Origin: Escherichia coli
GTDB lineage: Bacteria > Pseudomonadota > Gammaproteobacteria > Enterobacterales > Enterobacteriaceae
NCBI RefSeq assembly: GCF_002854065.1
Contig: NZ_CP024147.1
Reading direction: 5' to 3' (one strand)
Length of the DNA stretch: 64,000 nucleotides
Program-made: the position numbers and the translations under genes
Shown: one piece after another, positions 54,636-64,000 of the stretch
How the letters are laid out: each line of letters opens with the position of its first letter
How positions within the stretch are numbered: the stretch's first letter is position 1
Notes under the pieces: model-generated
What the model saw: the letters and a program-made list of their open reading frames with translations, nothing else
Told to the model about the DNA's origin: nothing
Database searches by the model: none

Positions 54636-55958
54636 ATGCAAGCAACAGCCACAACTCTCGACCACGAGCAAGAATACACGCCGATCAACTCGCGTAATAA
54701 AGTCCTTGTCGCCTCTCTCATTGGCACGGCCATTGAGTTCTTCGACTTTTATATTTACGCCACTGCGGCCGTTATTGTGTTTCCGCATATCTTCTTCCCG
54801 CAGGGCGATCCAACGGCAGCAACGCTACAGTCGCTCGCCACCTTCGCCATCGCCTTCGTCGCGCGCCCCATTGGCTCTGCCGTTTTTGGTCATTTTGGCG
54901 ATCGCGTTGGGCGTAAAGCGACGCTGGTCGCCTCGTTGCTAACGATGGGGATTTCGACCGTGGTGATTGGTCTGCTGCCGGGCTATGCCACGATTGGTAT
55001 TTTCGCCCCGCTGCTGCTGGCGCTGGCTCGATTTGGTCAGGGTCTGGGCTTAGGCGGTGAATGGGGCGGCGCGGCGCTGCTGGCGACTGAAAACGCCCCA
55101 CCGCGCAAACGTGCTCTGTATGGCTCCTTCCCACAGCTGGGCGCACCGATTGGCTTCTTCTTTGCCAACGGCACTTTCTTGCTGCTTTCCTGGCTACTGA
55201 CCGACGAGCAGTTTATGAGCTGGGGCTGGCGTGTGCCATTTATCTTCTCGGCGGTGCTGGTCATTATCGGCCTGTATGTTCGCGTGTCGCTGCATGAGTC
55301 GCCGGTGTTTGAGAAAGTCGCTAAAGCGAAAAAACAGGTGAAGATCCCGCTGGGTACGCTGCTGACCAAACATGTTCGCGTAACCGTACTGGGTACGTTC
55401 ATCATGCTGGCAACCTATACGCTATTTTACATCATGACGGTCTACTCGATGACCTTCAGTACCGCCGCCGCGCCAGTTGGGCTTGGCCTGCCGCGTAACG
55501 AAGTGTTGTGGATGCTGATGATGGCAGTTATTGGTTTTGGCGTGATGGTGCCAGTCGCCGGATTACTGGCTGATGCCTTTGGTCGCCGTAAAAGCATGGT
55601 AATTATCACCACGCTGATCATCCTGTTCGCGCTGTTCGCCTTTAACCCGCTGCTCGGTTCTGGCAACCCGATTCTGGTTTTTGCCTTCCTGCTGCTGGGG
55701 TTAAGTCTGATGGGGCTGACCTTCGGGCCAATGGGTGCGCTGTTACCAGAGCTGTTTCCGACAGAAGTGCGTTACACCGGAGCATCGTTCTCTTACAACG
55801 TAGCGTCGATTCTCGGGGCTTCCGTTGCGCCGTATATCGCAGCCTGGTTGCAGACTAACTACGGGTTAGGTGCGGTGGGGTTATATCTGGCGGCGATGGC
55901 TGGCTTGACGTTAATCGCCCTGCTGCTGACCCATGAGACGCGACATCAGTCGTTGTAA
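54636..55958 (+). CDS. yhjE: MFS transporter YhjE
   Basis: 440 aa. Confidence 0.88.
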   Translation: MQATATTLDHEQEYTPINSRNKVLVASLIGTAIEFFDFYIYATAAVIVFPHIFFPQGDPTAATLQSLATFAIAFVARPIGSAVFGHFGDRVGRKATLVASLLTMGISTVVIGLLPGYATIGIFAPLLLALARFGQGLGLGGEWGGAALLATENAPPRKRALYGSFPQLGAPIGFFFANGTFLLLSWLLTDEQFMSWGWRVPFIFSAVLVIIGLYVRVSLHESPVFEKVAKAKKQVKIPLGTLLTKHVRVTVLGTFIMLATYTLFYIMTVYSMTFSTAAAPVGLGLPRNEVLWMLMMAVIGFGVMVPVAGLLADAFGRRKSMVIITTLIILFALFAFNPLLGSGNPILVFAFLLLGLSLMGLTFGPMGALLPELFPTEVRYTGASFSYNVASILGASVAPYIAAWLQTNYGLGAVGLYLAAMAGLTLIALLLTHETRHQSL

Positions 55959-55970
55959 TAAGAGTGAAAA

Positions 55971-56132
55971 GCCTGATGCGCTACGCTTATCAGGCCTGAA
56001 TTTCCATACAATATATTGAATTCGCAAGGATTTGTAGGCCGGATAAGGCGTTCACGCCGCATCCGGCATGAACAAAGCACACTTTGCCAACAATCTAAAT
56101 CTGTTTAATTGCCGGATGTCAGACATCCGGCA
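55971..56132. repeat. REP elements plus terminator-like hairpin (TGCCGGATGTCAGACATCCGGCA) between yhjE and yhjG
   Basis: Seen directly. Confidence 0.65.
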
Positions 56133-56139
56133 ATTATCA

Positions 56140-58197
56140 TCACTTCTTCATCTGCGACAATATCGTCCGACACTGATTAGCCTCCCCTTCGGAAGGTGAG
56201 ATCAGTGCCAATAACGCCGCCGGTGTTACCAGCGTTGCCAGTGCCGCAGCAACAGCACCACGGGCAATCAGCGGTCCGGCTTTCACCCCAGCCTGCGGAT
56301 TTTTAAACGTCCCACGCACATACAGCGGCGAACGCAGTGTGATAATCCGAATTCCTTTACTCTCCGGATCAATAGTCAAATCCAGCTGTTCCGAAGCAAA
56401 ACTTGCCGTGCCGGTAACGTTAATCAACGCGTTCTCAGTATCGAAAGCAAAAATCTGCGGGCGCGCCACGCCGTTGGCAATATTCAGATTCGCCGCCGCG
56501 CAGTTCACCCGCACCTCATCGTCACCAAATATCGCACCGACAATGTAGTTGCCGACATTCAGCCCAACAATCTCCATCAGGTTGCGGCTCACCAGCCCGT
56601 CATTCATCAACAGTTTCAGGTTGCCGTTACTGTTGCCTAAAAGCGCCGCCACCGAGTTACCGCTACCGCGTAGTTCCGCGTCACCGTTCATTTCCCCCAG
56701 CGTCTTCTGCATCAGTTCCACATCGGGCATCAGTTCTTTCAGTTTCAGTCGACGAGCCTGAATATCTGCCCGCCCCTGCATCGGCTTTTTATCGCCTTCC
56801 AGATGAATATTCGCCGCAATGCTGCCGCCCGCCATGCCAAATTTCAGCGGTTGCAGGCGCAGGTCAGCATTTTTGAGGATGATATGAGTAGAAAGATCGC
56901 TAATCGGCAGGCTACTGCCATGCTCAATGCGCCGCCCTTTGAAGCGAACATCGGCATCCATAACGTCCCATTTATCGGTTTCGAAGCGGTCATAAGGCAG
57001 CACTTTGCCCGCAGGCTGAACGCTTTTTTCGCCCTTCTTCTGTTCAGACCGTTTCGACTTTTCAGCCCCTTTCCCGGAATCAACGCCAATCAACGGTCCC
57101 AGGTCCGCCAGCCGCAATTGCCGCGACTCGACATCACCTTCGAGTTTTGGTCGTGGCTTGCCGGTGGTGTAGATCAGAGAACCGTGGATATCGCTATCGC
57201 CAATGCGCCCATTAAAACCGCGATAATCAAAGACCGACGATTTTTCAGTGTCGATTTTCGCTACCAGCCGACCATCTGTTTCAAACGGCGGGGTATCGGG
57301 CAGCAGAACGCCCGTCAGTTCATAGAGATCACCCAGTGAATCGCCAGAAAATTTAAGCCGTAAATCGACACCGCCCATCTTCATTGGGTCATTCACGACG
57401 CCATCAAAAGCAACACGGGTATTACCTGAACGGAAATCAGCCTGTACCGGAAACGGCGTCCCTTCGCCACGCAGCGCCAGCATACCTCCTATTTTTCCCG
57501 TACCAGTGAGCGGTTCACCGTTATAACGTCCCTGCGCCTTCAGGCCAAAAACGTAATCGCCCACCTTTTCTGTATCCGCTTTACCTTTCGATCCAGTAAC
57601 TTCGCTGAACGGCAGCGGCTTGCCTAACGGATCGACAAAAATTTCCAGATCCGCTTTGCTTACTTTGTCATCAATGGCGATCCGCCCTTGATCGAACAGA
57701 ATATTATCCAGCCGAAACGACCACGCCGACGGCTTTGCATTCGCGTTTTTGTTGTCATCGTTGGCAAGATTAAACGTCCAGTTATTGTTCTTTTCAGAGA
57801 GGCGAATCAGGCGCGCGTCGGGCTTTTCGAGCTTGATCCACGGCAGCCAGACCGTTTTGGTCAGCAGCGCCAGCGGGGCCAGCGTTGCCTCTACGCGTGG
57901 CAAATGCACCATCGTGACTTCGGGAATATCCGGTGGATTGCCAAGAATGATGTCTTCCGCGTGTACATGGGGCCACGGCACCCAGCTGCGCCAGCCAGTT
58001 TCTTGCTTTTGCCGCTCCCACACCACGCCCAGATCGCCACGGATAGCGAACGGACGATTCAACTCCGCAGAGACTTTCTGGTTGATGGTCGGTTTGAGTC
58101 GATTCCAGTCAAAAGTTGCAATCAAAATGATCGCCACGACAATCAACAACAAGAAAGCCCCTGAAATCGCAGCGGTTATTTTGCCTGCCTTGCTCAT
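56140..58197 (-). CDS. yhjG: AsmA-family protein YhjG
   Basis: 686 aa from MSKAGKIT…. Confidence 0.88.
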   Translation of the reverse strand: MSKAGKITAAISGAFLLLIVVAIILIATFDWNRLKPTINQKVSAELNRPFAIRGDLGVVWERQKQETGWRSWVPWPHVHAEDIILGNPPDIPEVTMVHLPRVEATLAPLALLTKTVWLPWIKLEKPDARLIRLSEKNNNWTFNLANDDNKNANAKPSAWSFRLDNILFDQGRIAIDDKVSKADLEIFVDPLGKPLPFSEVTGSKGKADTEKVGDYVFGLKAQGRYNGEPLTGTGKIGGMLALRGEGTPFPVQADFRSGNTRVAFDGVVNDPMKMGGVDLRLKFSGDSLGDLYELTGVLLPDTPPFETDGRLVAKIDTEKSSVFDYRGFNGRIGDSDIHGSLIYTTGKPRPKLEGDVESRQLRLADLGPLIGVDSGKGAEKSKRSEQKKGEKSVQPAGKVLPYDRFETDKWDVMDADVRFKGRRIEHGSSLPISDLSTHIILKNADLRLQPLKFGMAGGSIAANIHLEGDKKPMQGRADIQARRLKLKELMPDVELMQKTLGEMNGDAELRGSGNSVAALLGNSNGNLKLLMNDGLVSRNLMEIVGLNVGNYIVGAIFGDDEVRVNCAAANLNIANGVARPQIFAFDTENALINVTGTASFASEQLDLTIDPESKGIRIITLRSPLYVRGTFKNPQAGVKAGPLIARGAVAAALATLVTPAALLALISPSEGEANQCRTILSQMKK

Positions 58198-58266
58198 CGT
58201 TCGCTTCCTCATATTCTTCCTGTGCCAGTCCTAAAGATAGTCCAGCCAGGCGGAAAATGAGGCAGC

Positions 58267-59034
58267 TTATAGCGCCAGAACCGCCGTATTCAGCGTTTCT
58301 ATCGGTGCCGGGCGTGAAAGAAACCAGCCTTGTGCGGCGAATGCGGGCGAGTTCTGTACATCACGCCACTCTTCCGGCGTTTCTACGCCCTCGACAATCA
58401 CCCCGCGACAATAGCGATTCATTAGATGTAAAAGCTGAGAAAAGAGTGTGCGTCCTTCCGGCGACTGACGCAGCATCACAAACAGTTCTCGCGCGATTTT
58501 GATGTAGTCATAACGCACTTCACTTAGTGCAGAGAAATTTGCCATCCCGGTACCAAAATCATCCAGCCACAGCGGGCCAAATTCACACATCGAGGCAAAG
58601 GTTGAATCTTTCGGCAGACGGATATGCTCCACCAGTTCGAAACGCAGCCAGGGAAGACGCTCAATTTGGCGCAGGATTTTTGGTTGCTGACGCAGGGCGA
58701 TGAGCGTAGGGCCATCAATATTGACCGATGCCAGCAGGCCGTGCTCTATAAAGAAGTCGGCTTTTTGCGCCAGCAAATCAATCTGCTCTTTCACAACCTC
58801 CATCCGATGGCTGACGGTGATTTCAGTAAAATAGCGATCCGGCGGCAGGCGTTGCGAAGGGTTCAAGGGATGCGTGACCACCGTTAATAGCTCCACGGCC
58901 ATTAACCGCCCGCATGTTTGATAGATCGGCTGCCAGGTGTAAGCACGCTCACACTGCAACCAAAAACGCCGTTCCTGCAAGCTCTCGATGCTTGCTTCAG
59001 GGTTGCTTATTCGCTGGATAACCTGCCTTATCAT
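58267..59034 (-). CDS. pdeH: c-di-GMP phosphodiesterase PdeH (YhjH), EAL domain
   Basis: 255 aa from MIRQVIQRISNPEAS…. Confidence 0.88.
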   Translation of the reverse strand: MIRQVIQRISNPEASIESLQERRFWLQCERAYTWQPIYQTCGRLMAVELLTVVTHPLNPSQRLPPDRYFTEITVSHRMEVVKEQIDLLAQKADFFIEHGLLASVNIDGPTLIALRQQPKILRQIERLPWLRFELVEHIRLPKDSTFASMCEFGPLWLDDFGTGMANFSALSEVRYDYIKIARELFVMLRQSPEGRTLFSQLLHLMNRYCRGVIVEGVETPEEWRDVQNSPAFAAQGWFLSRPAPIETLNTAVLAL

Positions 59035-59265
59035 CAAAGATGTCCTGTGTTTAAAAGTGATGCTGCCCGGACTCGACAAAGATTATCGGCGCGCAAGGGC
59101 AGAACTTTACCGCCTGGCCGGGGTAAATTTCCCCTCTCCACAACGGAATCTTTCAGGAATACGTTCTGGCTCAAAAAAATAATGGAACACTGTTTTAATA
59201 TGGTTGACCAGCAAACCACCACAGCGCAAACTAACGCTAATTTTTTACAGATCAGGTTCACGACT

Positions 59266-60195
59266 ATGTCCAAAAAGATTGCCGTGATTGGCGAATGCAT
59301 GATTGAGCTTTCCGAGAAAGGCGCGGACGTTAAGCGCGGTTTCGGCGGCGATACCCTGAACACTTCCGTCTATATCGCCCGTCAGGTCGATCCTGCGGCA
59401 TTAACCGTTCATTACGTAACGGCGCTGGGAACGGACAGTTTTAGCCAGCAGATGCTGGACGCCTGGCACGGCGAGAACGTTGATACTTCCCTGACCCAAC
59501 GGATGGAAAACCGTCTGCCGGGCCTTTACTACATTGAAACCGACAGCACCGGTGAACGTACGTTCTACTACTGGCGTAACGAAGCCGCTGCCAAATTCTG
59601 GCTGGAGAGCGAGCAGTCTGCGGCGATTTGTGCAGAGCTGGCGAATTTCGATTATCTCTACCTGAGCGGGATTAGCCTGGCGATCTTAAGCCCGACCAGC
59701 CGCGAAAAGCTGCTTTCCCTGCTGCGCGAATGCCGCGCCAACGGCGGAAAAGTGATTTTCGACAATAACTATCGTCCGCGCCTGTGGGCCAGCAAAGAAG
59801 AGACACAGCAGGTGTACCAACAAATGCTGGAATGCACGGATATCGCCTTCCTGACGCTGGACGATGAAGACGCGCTGTGGGGTCAACAGCCGGTGGAAGA
59901 CGTCATTGCGCGCACCCATAACGCGGGCGTGAAAGAAGTGGTGGTGAAACGCGGGGCGGATTCTTGCCTGGTGTCCATTGCTGGCGAAGGGTTAGTGGAT
60001 GTTCCGGCGGTGAAACTGCCGAAAGAAAAAGTGATCGATACCACCGCAGCTGGCGACTCTTTCAGTGCCGGTTATCTGGCGGTACGTTTGACGGGCGGCA
60101 GTGCGGAAAACGCAGCGAAACGCGGGCACCTGACCGCAAGTACCGTTATTCAGTATCGCGGCGCGATTATCCCGCGTGAGGCGATGCCAGCGTAA
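59266..60195 (+). CDS. kdgK: 2-dehydro-3-deoxygluconokinase KdgK
   Basis: 309 aa from MSKKIAVIGECMIELSE…; ORF-track upstream extension rejected. Confidence 0.9.
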   Translation: MSKKIAVIGECMIELSEKGADVKRGFGGDTLNTSVYIARQVDPAALTVHYVTALGTDSFSQQMLDAWHGENVDTSLTQRMENRLPGLYYIETDSTGERTFYYWRNEAAAKFWLESEQSAAICAELANFDYLYLSGISLAILSPTSREKLLSLLRECRANGGKVIFDNNYRPRLWASKEETQQVYQQMLECTDIAFLTLDDEDALWGQQPVEDVIARTHNAGVKEVVVKRGADSCLVSIAGEGLVDVPAVKLPKEKVIDTTAAGDSFSAGYLAVRLTGGSAENAAKRGHLTASTVIQYRGAIIPREAMPA

Positions 60196-60290
60196 ACGCA
60201 GCATATGCAAAAGGCTGGATAAAGTGTTACCCCTCTATCCAGCTCATCCATAAATACCTGATGGTTGTGCTAACTCATCACCATCAGGCA

Positions 60291-61787
60291 TTACTGTGCA
60301 GGTGGAATATCCGTCACTTCAGGATGTACGTCATCCGTGGCGACAGAGGTGGTCGCAGCGGCGGTAGATGGGGCCATGATTTGATCCCAGGCCGCCTGCA
60401 ACGCTTTCATGTTAAATTCCGGCTCGCCTTTCGGCTGCAGCAGTATTAACGCCATATCATTCGACAACTGCTGACGCAGATCCTGATTTAACATCTCCAC
60501 AGTCAGGCTGTTAAGGAAATCCTGCCGCAGTTTCTGATACTGCTCCGGCGCGATATCGACGACCTGATTTTGCAACGAACGCATCCGCTGACCCATCAGA
60601 ATATCGGTATCAGCTCGTGCATAGGCGGCAAACAGTTTCTGCAGCTCCAGTTTCTTTTGCGCCACTAACGCATTGAACTCTTCTTCCGGCAGACCTTTAT
60701 CGCGAACCTTCGCCAGTTCACGCGCCACCAGATTAAGGTTGCTGTTCAGCTTGTCGTTTGGTGATTCGATGTTGATGGCACACTGCGCACGCAGATACAG
60801 CACACGGCAGTCAAATCCAAGACCGATGTCTTTGCTGTTACTGGCGCTTAACGCTTGCTGAACATGCCAGAACAGCGCCTCACGGGCCAGGTCCGCACGC
60901 CAGTAGCGCAGCAGTGCGGCTGATTCACGAATCGGCTGCCACGGCGTATCCCACATGATAGATAACCGGTCCTGACGCACCGCGTCAGTCATAATACTCA
61001 CCGCTTCCGCACGCAGCGGAGAAAGCGTCGGCACCGGAGCCGGTGTTTCACGTTTGCCTTTCAGTTCGCCAAACGTTTTGTTGATTTGGTCGACAACCGA
61101 GCGCGCATCCACGTTTCCCACCACCAGCAGCGTCATTGCATCCGGGGTGTACCATTTCTGATAGAAATCTTTAATCTTTTCCGCTTCAACGGGTTGTTTC
61201 AGCGGATCGGCAGGATCGTGACCTAACAAGGTTGACCCTTTCAGACGATAGCGCCACCAGCCCTCTTTAGTATCGGCAGGCCAGGTTGCCACCATGTCCT
61301 GACTTTGCAGCGCGTGGTTGATGGTTTCTGGTGTGATGGTCAGTTTGCCAGTGGCATTTGCCAGATAAGAGAGCGCTTCTTTCAGCAAGTCGTTACGGTT
61401 ATTGGGCAAACTCAGATTAAACAGCGTGGTGTCATAAGAGACAATTACCGGCGGCATCGGGCGTTTAGGGTCGATCCCCTGCTGCCACAATGAACGCGCC
61501 TGTGCTGCGTCAAGGCCACCGCTTTGCGTTAGCGCAATACGAGGGATGGCGTGACTGTAACCGCTCTGTTGTGTACTTTCGGCGAGCGAACCGGTATTAA
61601 CCAGCAGGCGAATTTCAACACGATCGCTGGGACGCTGGGGGGTGGTCAGCACTTGCCACTGTAAACCGTTGGAAAGCGTCCCCTGTTGCCATGCTGGATC
61701 AGGCTGGAGCGCATCTGCCTGCACATAGCCAGCAGTGGCCATCATCAGCAAACCGCCCGCTAAAAGTCGAATTTTTGTGCCCTGCAT
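60291..61787 (-). CDS. yhjJ: M16-family peptidase-like protein YhjJ
   Basis: 498 aa with signal peptide. Confidence 0.88.
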   Translation of the reverse strand: MQGTKIRLLAGGLLMMATAGYVQADALQPDPAWQQGTLSNGLQWQVLTTPQRPSDRVEIRLLVNTGSLAESTQQSGYSHAIPRIALTQSGGLDAAQARSLWQQGIDPKRPMPPVIVSYDTTLFNLSLPNNRNDLLKEALSYLANATGKLTITPETINHALQSQDMVATWPADTKEGWWRYRLKGSTLLGHDPADPLKQPVEAEKIKDFYQKWYTPDAMTLLVVGNVDARSVVDQINKTFGELKGKRETPAPVPTLSPLRAEAVSIMTDAVRQDRLSIMWDTPWQPIRESAALLRYWRADLAREALFWHVQQALSASNSKDIGLGFDCRVLYLRAQCAINIESPNDKLNSNLNLVARELAKVRDKGLPEEEFNALVAQKKLELQKLFAAYARADTDILMGQRMRSLQNQVVDIAPEQYQKLRQDFLNSLTVEMLNQDLRQQLSNDMALILLQPKGEPEFNMKALQAAWDQIMAPSTAAATTSVATDDVHPEVTDIPPAQ

Positions 61788-62007
61788 GTGAACCCCTGAT
61801 CAACTATCCTGGTAATAAAAAAACTGCCCGTTGTCGGTCAGTCTAAATGACGTTAAAAACACTTCGTGTTAGACCGCAAGAACATGAAAATGTCACGGAA
61901 GAAGTGAAATAAACCTGAACTCACCCAGGTGGTAAGTTCAGGCACAGGGGTCAATTATGCGCAAACACCCGCACTCGGGGAAGGGAGTGCGGGCATAAGT
62001 GATGAGA

Positions 62008-63330
<1,323 letters not shown>

Positions 63331-63476
63331 TTATGGGGTACCTGCGGCCTTAAAATAACACCCAGACAACATCACAGAAATGTACCTGGATCATAATTGA
63401 AACAAAAAGGTTAAAAAGTTTGAGCTGGCTCGCACAAACCAGCACTTTTTAAAGTTTTGTAATCAGTTTGGGGTAG

Positions 63477-64000
63477 CTACTTTTCTTCCAGGTAACTCTC
63501 TTCGAAGATTTCAATAGGGAGTGGGCGAGCAAAAAGGAAGCCCTGGGCAATACCAACGCCCGCTTTTGCCAGCCAGTCGCGTTGTGCTTCAGTCTCCACA
63601 CCTTCGGCAATCATTTGTAAGTTCAGGCTCTGCGCCAGCATGATAATTGCAGCAATCATGCTGCTATCTTCCGGCAAGCCTTCAACAAACATTTTGTCGA
63701 TTTTCAGTACGTCGATTGGCAACGATTTCATATGCTGCAGCTGACGCAGCCCTGCGTAGCCCATGCCGAAATCATCCAGCGCCACCCGAACTCCGGCATT
63801 GCGCAGCGGACGGAGGATTGCCACCGCAGCATGAGGGTCGTCAATACGTCGGCTTTCTGTCACTTCCAGAATCAGTGTTCCCGGCTGAATGCGATAGCGG
63901 GTTAACAGTTCCAGCATATCCGCCACCATATTCGGGTGCATCAGTTGCAGCGCAGAGAGGTTTACCGACAAGGGCAGCATAATGCCGCGCTCTTGCCAGG
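63477..64000 (-). CDS. pdeK: c-di-GMP phosphodiesterase PdeK (YhjK), C-terminal EAL domain; 5' part outside window
   Basis: EAL-domain motifs; ORF open to window end. Confidence 0.8.
   Translation of the reverse strand, partial: WQERGIMLPLSVNLSALQLMHPNMVADMLELLTRYRIQPGTLILEVTESRRIDDPHAAVAILRPLRNAGVRVALDDFGMGYAGLRQLQHMKSLPIDVLKIDKMFVEGLPEDSSMIAAIIMLAQSLNLQMIAEGVETEAQRDWLAKAGVGIAQGFLFARPLPIEIFEESYLEEK

Noticed and set aside
56803-58234. Plus-strand ORFs of 158-178 aa
   Set aside because: Antisense within yhjG; no start/RBS context.

Overview
The window reads as an Escherichia/Shigella-type chromosomal segment in two parts. The right ~38 kb (25.5-64 kb) is the conserved acid-fitness/yhj backbone: 'dctR, the chuS-chuA / chuTWXYU-hmuV heme-uptake locus, yhiD, hdeBA, hdeD, gadE, mdtEF, gadW, GadY sRNA, gadX, gadA, yhjA, treF, yhjB/C/D/E, yhjG, pdeH, kdgK, yhjJ, dctA and the 3' end of pdeK. 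The left ~23 kb is a horizontally acquired arsenic-resistance island whose left end lies outside the window. It carries an R773-like arsRDABC operon, a second cluster arsR2-arsH-ECF sigma-arsD2-arsA2 with divergent arsP, and an ArsN-like GNAT / TauE exporter / ModE-like regulator module. Its right edge has three tandem overlapping tyrosine-recombinase genes (middle one frameshifted) plus two small coupled ORFs. The native ars locus beside it is decayed: dinQ-agrAB and the ars promoter/operator are kept, arsR-arsB is precisely deleted, and arsC is truncated by an IS1 that also removed yhiS-slp and the dctR start. The most novel-looking candidates are (i) an XRE regulator plus an 870-aa Rad50/RloC-like zinc-hook ABC ATPase with a C-terminal nuclease-like domain, flanked by an IS2-disrupted gene and an unknown gene divergent from arsR, and (ii) an ECF sigma factor with a vicinal-cysteine tail, translationally coupled inside an ars operon. 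All calls rest on reading the sequence and recalled family knowledge; no database search was run.
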